From Trichoplax adhaerens (taxonomy: Eukaryota > Animalia > Placozoa), in contig NW_002060956.1 of NCBI RefSeq assembly GCF_000150275.1, positions 256,145 to 320,144 on the forward strand: DNA of 64,000 nt, given 5' to 3'. The notes under the pieces are model-generated. The model was not told the origin of the DNA and made no database searches. It saw only the letters and a program-made list of their open reading frames with translations. Position 1 is the stretch's first letter. Every line of letters begins with the position of its first letter. Both the position numbers and the translations under genes were made by a program. This document shows, one piece after another, positions 44,332-57,144 of this stretch.

Positions 44332-46480
44332 TTAATCATTTTCTTCAGAGCTACTAGAATCTGAGTAAACACCAATGCCAGGAATAGCAATAGCAGTTTC
44401 ATCCGGTGGACTCGAGGTAGTTGTCGGCTTGATTTTTTTGGCATCAGATTGTCTAGTATCTGTAAATAGCGAATATAAATGTATCCCATAAAGTATTATT
44501 AAATTAATTTAATAAATCCGATTTTAAAGAATAATTATCGAGCTAAAAATAGTAATGATTGATTGTCACTATTAGAATGGTAGTAGGAAACCAACCAGAA
44601 TCAATGGGCTTTGATTCTTTCTCTTCAAAGCTCCTAATAATTAGCACAAGATTTTAATTTTGAAATCAAATATACTTTAAAGAAAACCTTATCATCAATG
44701 TAAGCGCATCCTTTTAGCTTGGAAATGACATAGCAAGCTGATTGCAGTGCTTACAATTTTAAAATAATTATTTAATCTAATAAGGAAACTGATTGATTTA
44801 TATATGAATAAAAGTAGATAAATAATACCACGCTACAAAAATATTTACCTTTTCCTCTGTCTAACTAATCCTGATAGCAATTGGGACTGCGTTTTCTTGT
44901 TGTTCTTTATAATCTCAGGAGGATACGATTTGTGAGTTTCGACTATAGGTTTATTATCAACTTCCTTAGAAGCTAACGAGCTAACAGCTTCATATACATT
45001 TATTAAGGTCTCTATTGTAGGTTGTATTTAAAATCTATATTTCTATGAAAGTAATCAGTTTGATGCAAATATTAAGTTGAACATCTTACTATCTGCAGCG
45101 TAATGGTAGACGCAAAATTTTAGCAGGTTAAAAATATATGTAGAATGTAATAAAGGATATTCTAAATTTTTTAACGTCTTCTATCTCTCGCTGCCATTGT
45201 TGCACCTCTAAATCAGCTTGTAATTGATTTGAGTTATCTAAAAAATCGGCTTCATCGTCGTCTAGGCCGCGAATCATGTTTTCTAGATTTTAAAATGGTT
45301 GCAATAAAGGATATTTAGAACAGATAAGAACAGCTAATATTAAAGTAACTACTCAAGTTATTGAATTTATATCACTCTATTTTCACTCAAGCCAGCAAGA
45401 TCGCTGAAATAAAACTACAGAAGTAGTAAAGCAATAAATTTGTAAGATACTGTAGTAATAATTTACATGCTATGTAATACTGGCTATATTATTACACGCA
45501 TTTGCACTCATTCTGGGCTTTTGTATAATCAAGACTACGAAACTGGTAATTTTGCTGCCTAATAAGGAATTTAATTCTATATGCGAAGCTTTTACGTACT
45601 GAATTTAAATTGTTCATCCCATTCTTCTTGTTTCTTAGTTTTTTGTTCTTGTAATTGTTCATACAACGATCTCCTGTCAGTTAATTCCTCTGGTCGATCT
45701 GCAGATAGGACTTGATATTAGTACATTGCATACTGCTACATCTATGGATTGCATTGAAGGAAGTCAACTAGTCAAGATAATTTTCAGAGTCTATAGCAGT
45801 AAAAGTATAATGCGACCCATAAATATGATACGCCATGAACCGTAGGTCGAGATACAGTGGCATTTATCTTACACAAATAGTAAGGGCTGTGATTTGAAGG
45901 TATAATATCTAATTGATGAGCACAACAATGCTGCATGAAATCCTTAGGATCAACATAAGTTGTATAACCCCAGCTGCCTCGATTTCCCATCTTACTAATA
46001 AGTTAGCTAATCGTTACAGTAAAAACACACTAAGTATGAGTATAAGTATTGCAAGATTTAATCCTCCAGCGATTGATTGGCTTTCATTCTGTTACTGCAA
46101 GGCATCCGTCTTGGGATCAGAATAATTTTGACCGTCGATTGGATTAGCAATAAGTCATCATTCAATACGTACACACACTGATTACTGCAGAAGCACCAAG
46201 CCACCAAAGCATAGCAAGGTACCATGATTAGTAATTTCGTGCTCATTATGTTGATACAATCTTTATACATTTATTGCCTGCTTGAAATCAGTCAATCCAG
46301 TGATAATGAATGATTCTTTCTCTTTGACTTACCAATAACAGATTTACTACTTTCATCTTTAACTTTCTTCCATTCTTCCTCACGCTGACGCCTGAGGTCT
46401 TCTAACTCGGTTTCTGTCACGAAGGATTTCAGTTGTCCCTTGGTGCTGGCATTCATGCCTTCTTGACTGAAATAACTCAT
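44332..46480 (-). CDS. FAM192A: PSME3-interacting protein (FAM192A/NIP30/PIP30), 6 exons
   Basis: Exons 46333(or 46348)-46480, 45600-45698, 45161-45282, 44849-44991, 44596-44633, 44332-44459. FVTETELEDLRRQREEEWKKV; RSLYEQLQEQK..FKFKNMIRGLDDDEADFLD; C-terminal IPGIGVYSDSSSSEEND. Confidence 0.92.
44992..45160 (-). other. U12-type intron with AT-AT termini (FAM192A intron 3)
   Basis: Donor AGA|ATATCCTTT; branch GACCTTAAT about 11 nt from the end; 3' end ..ATGTATAT|GAA GCT GTT. The join gives in-frame KKFR-EAVSSL. Confidence 0.78.
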
Positions 46481-47539
46481 TGTAACGCGATACAAAAGGC
46501 AATTCCCAATATCTTTAGCAAGGTAATATCATCAAGATGTCTATAGATTATCGATTCAATAGAAATTAAGGGATATAATGCAATACGATCAGATTTCCAT
46601 TAAAAATAGTCCACAGCCATCTTCTATAACTTGCTGCAAGACAACCGTGACTTAGGAACTGAAGGTTGAGTACCTGTACAGCCTACAAGTACTGAGATTG
46701 CATGTCTAGCAGTGCTTGTATGCCAATCTATGCCCAATGCTGTGTTGTACTGTATGAAAATAGTAAACGTGTACAAGACCTTTAGTCCAATGCTCCATTG
46801 GATGTCCGGAGAGACGGATGCGCATTACTCCATGAGGGCAGGAACCTTTTTCAAGTTCCCTTGATCAGGGTCTAGCTGGTCCGGTCCGGTCCGATCCGGT
46901 CCAGCATTCGAGCCTGGTTCAGCTCTCATCTTGAATGGTTGGTAGCTGCTGCAGCTTGCTTTAATCGTTGAATTTCTCCATTTCTAACTTGGCTGCGATT
47001 TATAACTCGGTAATATGCCCAAGAATCTTATTTATCACTATGTATAGCTAGTAATAATCTTATTAGTATAGTTGCAAACTACTGTACTGCTGTTGGTAGT
47101 GAAAATGGATCGAACTCTATCTGTACCCACAACGCCATGATGCAAATACAGGGCTACCCTTGCAGCCCTATGGAGCAGTTGGCGTACATTGTCAGCGCCA
47201 GCAATATGAAATTCTGCAATCTAAAAATCGAGCTATTAACTCTCGGATTGCTTAATCGTAGCATTTTAAATGAAATTCTAAGTAATATTCAACATCAGTT
47301 GGATCAGTTAGCATGTAGAATTGGCAATACTATTTTACAGATTATTCCTAGGATTGAGAAATACCGCTTGACCTTTTGATAATACACGTATGCTTAGGCA
47401 TATGTAAACTGCGATCGACTTAATTCATCAAGACTTGTGGTAGATGAAATCATTCATTTTTTCATTTTCGGATCTAGGTGAAAACCTTCCTATATTAACT
47501 GCAATCAAGGATAAAACAGAAACCTTCTATAAGCGTAGA
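46481..47539. promoter_or_regulatory. Bidirectional promoter/5' UTR region between FAM192A and HIBCH
   Basis: Head-to-head genes; TACTGTA/GTAC motifs at 46670-46780 and 47080; (GGTCC)n at 46878-46902. Confidence 0.55.
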
Positions 47540-49762
47540 ATGCAATTCCAAAAAGTTTCATTACATAGAACCGGCTTATTCGGAACCTGTAATCAACGAC
47601 TTCATAATATTTACAATCATTTGCTAAATTCCAACTGCAAAATGTCTACATCTGGTCAGCGTTTTGCTGCAGCCAATGATGAAGCTATTCTGGAAGTACG
47701 AAATAAAGTTGGGTTGATAACGCTAAATCGACCCAAGGCATTAAATGTGTTAAGCTTAAATATGATCAATACTATTTATCCCATTATGATGGAATGGGAT
47801 AAAGATCCTAATGTCCAGGTAATAGTTATGAAAGGTGCTGGCGAGAAAGCTTTTTGTGCTGGTGGTGATGTTAAATCCCTCGTTGGCAATCGGCCCCTAA
47901 GCAGGGAGTTCTTTCCTACAGAATATCGTTTGAATAACTTAATTGGTGAGATGAATAATATTACATTGTTGTGTTTAAATTTTAAATCGTCTCTAGTTTA
48001 ATTGAACATTGGCCTTTTATTCCCACTTATAACTTTTATTAATAGTTTAAGATAGAAACCCCATTTTAACTAAACTAACAAAGATTAATATCATATACGA
48101 CCTATAAATCGCTATCGTCGGATTCTGTATGAGCAATTCATTGACCAAGATATAACATTGCAGTAATACACTATGATTAGGTCATTAAATACGTACGTGC
48201 TCAAGGCCTACTCCATTTTCAGCCCCGATAAAACCTGTACCATAAATCACCATAAGTACTGTATCCTCTTCTATTGTCGTAAATCCTATAGAAGCAATTC
48301 ATAAATGGTAACACCATCTTAATGTCAACACTTTGATTAGATCAGTTAACGCCTGTTTTAGACCTTGAAAAACTTTTCAATTTCTAGCGTATGATAACTG
48401 GTATGAGCAGGATGTCATCTTTCTATATGCAATTGTAGGCATTTTGAAGACTCCTTATGTAGCCTTTATCGATGGAATAACTATGGGTGGTGGTATTGGT
48501 TTGTCAGTTCACGGCCGCTATCGTGTTGCAACAGAACGTACATTATTTGCTATGCCCGAAACAGCTTTGGGTCTACATCCGGATGTAGGAGGATCGTACT
48601 TTTTACCACGGTTGGAAGGCAACTTGGGCATGTATTTCGCTCTCACTGGTGAGTATACTCGTAATTTAGTTTCATCATTTTGATTGAAATTGACAGTGAG
48701 CACTATTTAGTTGTATTTTTGATCAGAGGTTATCTCCGCAGTTGTTGATAGTGGTAATATTATATTATTTACAAAATAATTAGTCTATGATAGAATGAAT
48801 TTGTTCTCGTTTAATTATACTATGTTATACGCGTAGTATAGATTAGTAAACTTGGTTTTAAATTGTTATTTGACAGGGCAAAGAATGAAAGGTAGAGATG
48901 TGTATTTTACTGGAATTGCTACTCATTATGTTGGGTCACAAGATATTAACGAATTAGAATCAAAACTTATCAATCAACCAAGTATTACAAATGATGTGGT
49001 TCAAGAGATTCTTGATCAGTATCATAAGAAGGTAAGAGCATAAATGATAGAATGACGTATGTCATAGCTAGAAAAAATGATTGATAAAAATTCTCGCGGA
49101 AAAAGTACCCTTGTAAAGTTGCAATTTTTCGATATTTTAGCGTAGATGGCTGTATACTGAGTGTATAGATTGAGTCTATCTTTATAATTATAAATTATAA
49201 CAGTTTTACTCATTAGGAGATCATAAAATAATAGGGAGCTCCCTCTGCGTTTTATATCTTGCGTTAACGCATTAGCTACGTTCAATGTTCTTTTACCGTC
49301 TTATAACAAACATTGCAATGTCATTCGTCTTTGTACCGTAAAATGTAGCACGAGGGTGGAGAATTCTCATTTGCTCAGCATATGGACAAAATTAACGAAT
49401 GCTTCAAAGGAGAAACTATAGAAGAAATATTTACTCTATTAGAAAAAGATGGCTCAGAGTGGGCTATGAAATGCCTCAACCATTGTCGTAAGATGTCACC
49501 TAGTTCAATGAAAGTAACTATTCGTGCACTGCAGGAAGGAGCTAAAGCGCCTTCCTTAGCTGATGCGTTGTTAACAGAAAATCGCATTTGTCAGAGAATG
49601 ATGGAAACAAAAGATTTCTATGAAGGAGTTAGAGCTATATTAATCGATCGTGATAATAATCCAAAGTGGGATCCTGCAACGTTTGAAGAAGTGACTGATG
49701 AAATGGTCGATGCTCATTTTCAACCTACTAGTGACGGAGATGTAATATTGCCAAAGCAGTGA
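47540..49762 (+). CDS. HIBCH: 3-hydroxyisobutyryl-CoA hydrolase, mitochondrial, 4 coding exons
   Basis: Exons 47540-47945, 48439-48648, 48877-49031, 49349-49762. [78 protein letters not shown]. The start ATG is approximate. Confidence 0.95.
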
Positions 49763-50579
49763 CTGTTATAAATTTTGTAGTCATGACTGTATCAGTGATA
49801 AGATTAGCTGGCATCTTACTTCAAATATGTTGGTATCATCCTTATTATGGTTAATATTTTATTATCTTATGAAGGTACTTCTTAATTACGGTATCAATAG
49901 AAGCATGCAATTATTCATATGCAACGTGAAGAAAATTGTAATGCATACTTGTCAACTAATAATATATCGTGTGCATTATACTTGCCAATTGCAATTTCAT
50001 TATGGCGAACCTGCTTTTAAAATTTTCAATTTTTTGGGTGCAATAGCTAATGATGGTGATAACTTCAATAATAAAGTTTCACAGTAAAAGATATCTGAGC
50101 GAGTCTTTCTAATAAGTGTCTTTACAAGACAATTTTATTGACGACAAATCGATGTAGATATAAATAGAAGACTAAGAATTGTTTCAACACTAAAAATTCA
50201 CATGTTTAAATTCATGGCATTCGTTTCCTTTCGGTATTGCATTACAGTATGTAAAAAAGATATGTTGGTGAAAGTATATCGCCAAACGAAAACACATCAA
50301 CCAATAAATTCCAGGTTAATAAATGATATACGAGCAGTATAATTAATACTTCTTACTAGAGGATACACCTCAGTAATTTGAAGTATAGCCTTCTAGCATG
50401 CAAACGCTATCGCATTTAGATCATACCAATATTTATCTAATGGAAAATATCACGCTATTACACTCTTTTCTAATTAAAATAACACCAAAATTTTCATACC
50501 TGATATGGTATTATAAAAATTGATACGTGAACTTTACAGTATGATCTGTTACGATCCATCTATGATTATAATTAAAGAT

Positions 50580-53500
50580 TTACGATAAGAAGGTAATGAC
50601 TTCGGCACCACCGCCAGCAACCATAACTACCCTTGATAGTTTATCGGTTAACACAGAAATGAATTCCAGATCTGTAATACAATGTCAGTTAAGGTTCATA
50701 TTTATGATATTTGAAATATGAGTTATATTGGTACGAATTTTGGGCATATCAAACACTTTCTCAAGGATACAATTTCTGTCCTCAGAATCTGAGCTGGGAA
50801 GGACAGGTAAATTAATAAATACTGCTTCAGCATCAGTTGACTTTTCTACAATGACTCTATTAAGCTTCACAGCGGCATCCATGCGCCTTAGATTGCCTTC
50901 GAAACTAATATGGGTAAAAATAAATGTAATTTCGATCTTACGATTAGAATGGAAAAAGCGGTATTAACCACAACGTAATAAGAAGTATAGGAAAATGTGA
51001 TGTCCATGTCATACAATTAATACCTACAGCACACTGTTAACAATTTACAAGGCTGAATATACTTACGGCTTTGCGCTTCGTAATTTTCGGTAATAAGAAT
51101 TATCTGCACCAAAAGAAGGCCTATCGGCATGACGTGAGGCTCCAAGGACACTTAAAGATGATGCCTCATTTGCTCCTTCATCAATAGCAGTAACGGCAAA
51201 TTTCGACTTTGAAAATTTATGTTGTAAATGCTTATCATCTTCATTATTAGTTGGCTCAATAACTTTGACATTGAATCTGGATTCAGTTACTTTCGTTTCT
51301 TTGTCACCATCTGGTTCTGTATGACTACTTGTAGATGAAGTAGCGGTATCATCACTTCCTACAACTTTAACAGCAAATCTACCTACTATGTTTTGGGATG
51401 TTTGCTTAGCATCCGAAGGCGTTTCATCCCCTTTCGGGAGAGAACGGAAAGGATCGAATACACTCTTCGCCTATGTTGTATCCAATGTAAAAATTAAATA
51501 CTGTTAACTAACTTTATCAAACACGATGGTTAGTACAAGGAGTTAAAACCAGTCATATTGAAGACAGAATAACATTTGCTAGGATACCATGTCACTTTCT
51601 AACAAACTTTAACCAGTACCTTATCTTGCTCTTTTCTCGAAAGCTTCATCTTATTTAAAACTTCATTCCTTTGTTCCATTCGCAAAGTTCTTTCATACGT
51701 ATATGCCGATATATCGTTATCAGTCATCTCAACAACTTCTACATAAGCATCAATTCTTAGATCATATACAAGCTTTTTCATATCCTGTTCCAATTTAATA
51801 CTATTATCTTTCATTTGAGCAACAGTAAAGATTCGTAAACGACAATTTCGCCAAACTTTGTGCTGCTTAAATAAGAATGGCAGAAGCATTAAAAGACCAC
51901 CATCATGAACAATCCACCATATATCGATATTTCCATTAAGTCTATCACTTCGTTCAGGGAAAAGGCTGATATTTTTAGGGATAACGATTGCCATCTTCTT
52001 TGCTAATGCCGTTCGGATAACTCGTACAAGTAATCGCCATGACGATTTCGAAGGCCAATTATCAGGCCAATTCAGAACAACTGTATTTGGCTTCAAGCCA
52101 CCCATACCACAACTTTGAATACTTTGAAATTTTAAGTAAAATTAAAAATTACGTTGCCTACTTGTACTTAAATATGTAGAAAATGTTGACACCTTAAATA
52201 TGATATACAACATAGTGATAAGACTTACAGATCACACAGTCCCTGAACGACATCTTTGGAAACGATTACATCTGTAAAGCCCTTAATTTTTTCTTCGCTC
52301 ATACAACCTTTCAGAGTCTAATCATTTTATGATGTGGTGATAAAGTTAAGAAGTTTAATAATTATGTACTCATTGATAAAATATAGATAATAAAGAGTAT
52401 TAGCGGTGCTAACGTTCAGAATATGGGTGTATATAAAATAGTACTCGATTGACTGGCGATATATATATCTATAGTACGATTTACCGTAACATTAAGTAAA
52501 TATTAAAAGCATCTATGCTGACCTCTCTCACTTCGTCCGCTTGTGCGGCATTATTGGTAACGTCGCCTTCTACCACAGAAGCTGCTATTGTCAGTCCTTT
52601 GCCTGGTACATGATAAGCACATAATTATGATAAGTTAATTCCAGTTGTGAAACAGCGGGGTTACATGCTAAGCCATTAAAACTGGTATATTCAATGTTGC
52701 TATCTCAGGTACCTTTTTTCAGCTGTGAGGCAAAACTTAGCATTCGCTGGTGCAGTGGATTTTCTGAGTGCTTATTCAATTTGGCCAAAACCAACAATTG
52801 TGGCCTGGAATAAGTAGATACGATTTACAAAGTTGCTTATATTTTTAAATTATTTGTTAGCATTAATTTGGCAGACCTCCAATTTTTTGTATGTGGCGGA
52901 CCATCTTCTAGGTGTAAGAGGCTATGACGCGCAGTTTGCATGGCTAATCCCCGTAGTCCATCACCCCACTCTTTTCTCGCACTATCGTAATTCAAAGTAA
53001 AGGTAAGAAATTTTTAGAAATACAATGTTAAAAAAAGCAAAAAAAATAATTGTAGTCATCTTCAGATGAAGTACTTACCCCGAATATTCAATGTATTTAT
53101 ATATGATGCAAGCTATAGCAAGCGCTCCCAAAGCGTAATACCACCCAGTAATGATCATCATGGCGATACAAAGTCCTAGCCCAATTAATGACCCAGTCCA
53201 ATGAAAGTATCTAAATCGTGGTCGCCAACTCGGTGCTTTTAAAAGAGATTGGAGGGTGCAAGCCAGATTAACAAATGAGTAGCACATCAAGAAAAAGCTG
53301 CAGCAGAATAAAAACAAAGAAATACGATCAGTAAAAAAGATGATATTATCTGCTTTAGACACCTTTTTACTTGGAAATGAACACTGTTATAAAAACCTAC
53401 ATTGTAATAATTGGTGCTACACTATCTAAGCTAGCAATTATAATTCCAATCTCCGCAATGAAAAAGGTTAATATTAGAGCCCTTGTTGGTTCTCCACTCT

Positions 53501-56500
53501 TTGAGGTTACTTTGAAGAAGTCTAGTATAGGGATGATACTATCGCTGGCAATAGCTTGCAATAAGCGTGGAGCTCTATTACCATGAAGAATTTCAAATAT
53601 TAGCAACAACACCCATATTAATTTTGAAATGTTAACGTTGATAAGAAAATATTTCACGTTAAATACTCTACTTTAATGCTTCACTTAAACTAACCCAGTT
53701 AAACTTTGTAATCCTGCACCAACAGTAGATAAGAAAGACCCAATCAGCATTACCCATGGATGTGGCCAGCATAGTTCACCAAGAACGAGGGAACCTTTTA
53801 GGCTTGTACCAAATTTATCTCTTAACAAAGGGCCTTCAATTGTTGCTCCCATAAGAAGGACACAAGTCAGGTATACCAGAGATGTAGTGACAATTGCTGC
53901 AATTGTTCCTTTCGGAATTGATTTTTGTGCATCATCTAAATCACCAGATCTATTGGAGCCCGCCATAATTCCTTTAAAATAATTGAATGAAATATCGGAT
54001 AAATTTTACCTTTCGTTAACAGCATTAAGAATTACAACTACTGGGGCATTACTTCATTTAACTTGATATACTGTAAATGTAATACCTGTAACGGAAGGAA
54101 AGAAGATTGCAATTAAAACCGTAAAAGATGTTGTAATATCGGCTGCGACTTGATTTCCTACAGCTTTTACACCTGGAGTGGTTTCACCTTTAGACATATA
54201 TTTACTGAGTGCATTCTCTAGAGTAAAGATAAAATTGTATAAGTTTATTGGTTTCTAAGATATTTGCACCATTCTAAAATTCTTATAGTGATGTTGAATT
54301 TTTTAATTTAATAAGTAACCTGTGAAAATCCCGCTGGCTATTCCGGGAATTCCAGGTATCTCTCTTAAGAGAGCTAATTCTGATGCATTATAGAGATCAC
54401 TCAAAAATGTTGAATTTGGTGAGCAGGTGTAGTTACCACTCATCAACAGTTTATCTCCAATCAGGCAAATCCTATATTAAAATATTTTCAAAAATCATTA
54501 ATCTGGTAATTTTGTGTTGATCGACAGCAGTAGAACAACTTTAGTACTTTGATCTATCGTGAAAACTTTTTTATATTTTGAACGATTTTACCTTGGTCCA
54601 ATGTCGGGATTGGCAACAATGACCCCAATATAAATAGATATAATAGACACAATAACGCATGCCAAAAAAAAGGACGCGAATTTATTGACATATTGTACAC
54701 CAATAAAGACAATGAGCGACAGAATGAGTAAAAGGATTGTTCCGTAAACTCTCATGTTGTTAAACATTTCCTGGCTAATTCCACCATCAGCACTTGGTTG
54801 TATTTCACCAAACAACGACAACATTGGAGCCATATAAGTCTAAGGAGCCATTTATAATATTTATTAATATTTAATTTATATAGTTAAAGGCTGATATAGG
54901 TGTCTTATATTGAAAACCAACAATGTGTAAGTCAAGCATTGGCCAAGCTAGTAATACTAACTAATAAGATTTCGATAGCTCCTAAAATGTACATTGAAGC
55001 GGCGAAAGTCGTTGCCAAGTAAAATAGTATTCCTACTGCGCCACCGAATTCTGGACCCAAAGAGCGAGAAATCATAAAGTACGAACCACCAGCTAAAAAG
55101 AGAAATAATCCAAACATTTTTAGAATAGCGTTTAAGATTTATACTTTTCGCTATCTGTTATATAGGGAAAATGAAAGCCACTCACCTGGTACTTTGCCAT
55201 TTGTTGCAATAGCACTCATTGATATTGCCGTTAACAAAGTCTGTCAAAGAAATTTTGAATTTCAAGATATTGTTTACAATTAAATGTAATCTAAGAATCG
55301 AATTCTAATTTCTAAGAATGGAACATACTGTACAACAGGATAAGGCAACTACTAAGAAAGCTTGAAGGACACCAGCACTACCAACTATCCATGTCAAACG
55401 GAGAAATAGCAATACGCCGAAAATATTTTGAAGAGTAGGAAGATACACTCCAATTAATGTTCCCATTTTATTTCGCTGTAAGAATAAAGCAATGGTATAA
55501 TATTTAATTAAATATTTCAGTTACTATATTGTATCATATAAAGTACTCTTAAGTATTCCATTTTAGCACTAAAATATTTTAGTTAAACTTGCTATAGTAT
55601 TAAGATGTGACATTTTCATAGCAAGCATAACGCCAGGAATCAATCTACTATGTATTGATACTTCTAAAAGGAGACAGTCATACTGACTTTGACAGTGACT
55701 TGCTCCGAGACAGCATCCTGATCTTTTGTCTTTTCCATGTTGCTCACACCAGGATTATAACTGGCAACGCTGCGAAGAAAGTTTGTAAGCAGTGGCCTTT
55801 TCCCTTCGCCCTATCGTTGAGGATAAGAAGATATTGCAGATAGTAACAAAAAATGAGTTACGGTGAATGAAAATTCATTCGACATACTTGTATTTTTAAC
55901 ATTTAACGTAGTGATAAAGATGACATCATCTTTATGACAATTACAGTATACGTGAAACAGCATAAATGGCTAAAATGAAGCTATTACGCTGCTCAAAATT
56001 TTAACTGCAGATAATTGTTGTTACCTCATATAAGGCAAGGCCTCCTTCATTCGTTTCGACTACATCAGGTGCACGATAAATGTTTTTGAAAGGTTCACCA
56101 GCACTTCTCCTATAATTTACCGCTGGACCATTATAACAATCAATTTAGTGTCTAAATCAGTCCATTGTTGATTTTATATTGCACCATTCTATTTACTGAC
56201 TATCCATATGCTCTATTCTTAAGTGATCAGTTATGAAATGGACTATTTGATGTCGTCATAATTTGGTCAATTTCCACGGCCGTCGTCTGTACATGTACAG
56301 TACGTGTTCAAGTAGAAAAGGGCAATTTGATATCACAAGCAATTTCACCAGTATAGTTATCATCAACATCAACTCTGTTATTCTTAATGGGTATCAACAT
56401 CTATTGGTAAAGTACTAACGCAACATTCAATTAGATATTTCACAAGGAAGCCGCAGCAAGTGGTTGTCCATGTATGGAATGATGACGATATTAATTCATT

Positions 56501-57144
56501 ATATCATTAGCTATCTCAACTGCATTCTATTCCATCATGAGTACGTAACAGTCAGTCATTCATGAAGGTCCACTATACTTGTTACTGTCTCTATCTACTC
56601 TACTTGAATCATTTTAAAGAATATAGCGAAAGTAGTAGGCTACACATATACAGTAAACGAAAGCAGTGAACATCGATGAACGCGTTGAAAATGAATTAAT
56701 ACAGTCCAGTTGCATACGAATAGAGTAAATGAGTACAGTAATGCGTTGAGCAAGGACTTTGTACTCCTTCTATGTTTAGCAATGATACGTCTCTAGTTTG
56801 AATAGTCGTTGTCATTTCATCACTACATTGAACATTACTATGATCGCTGTATTTATCCTACGAATGGCTGAAAATAAAAACGAGGCATAAAGAACTAATA
56901 CTACCCTAACTCGTGTCCATAGCCTCAAAATGATATGGGTAGCCAAGGGCGACCGATTATTCGAACATGACCAAGTCCAACAACGCATTCAATATGAATA
57001 TGCACCCTTCTCGACTAACATGATACTATAATACCATCAGCAGAAATACTCACCATGATCATCTAAGTGTATCTCTACAAAGTCACCCTCATTGACCTGG
57101 TTATTTTCTGTTCTTAGATCATATTTGCCAGAATTGCGAGCCAT
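50580..57144 (-). CDS. SLC12A: Cation-chloride cotransporter, K-Cl (KCC, SLC12A4-7) type, about 20 exons
   Basis: First exons 57054-57144, 56025-56122, 55688-55810. LALYE; [18 protein letters not shown]; [20 protein letters not shown]; [10 protein letters not shown]; EWGDGLRGL; [12 protein letters not shown]; [18 protein letters not shown]; [11 protein letters not shown]; GGGAEVIT. The vertebrate paralogue cannot be assigned. Confidence 0.95.
50672..50770 (-). other. U12-type GT-AG intron (last intron of the KCC gene)
   Basis: Donor AAT T|GTATCCTTGA; branch AACCTTAAC upstream of TTACAG|AT. The join gives [12 protein letters not shown]. Confidence 0.85.

Noticed and set aside
47137-47379. 80-aa ORF upstream of HIBCH
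   Set aside because: No homology recognised; it probably lies in the 5' UTR or first intron.
57052-57056. ATG-only first coding exon for SLC12A (ATG|GTGAGT)
   Set aside because: Phase does not fit exon 2; the ATG at 57144 gives a 91-nt phase-1 exon that splices in frame.
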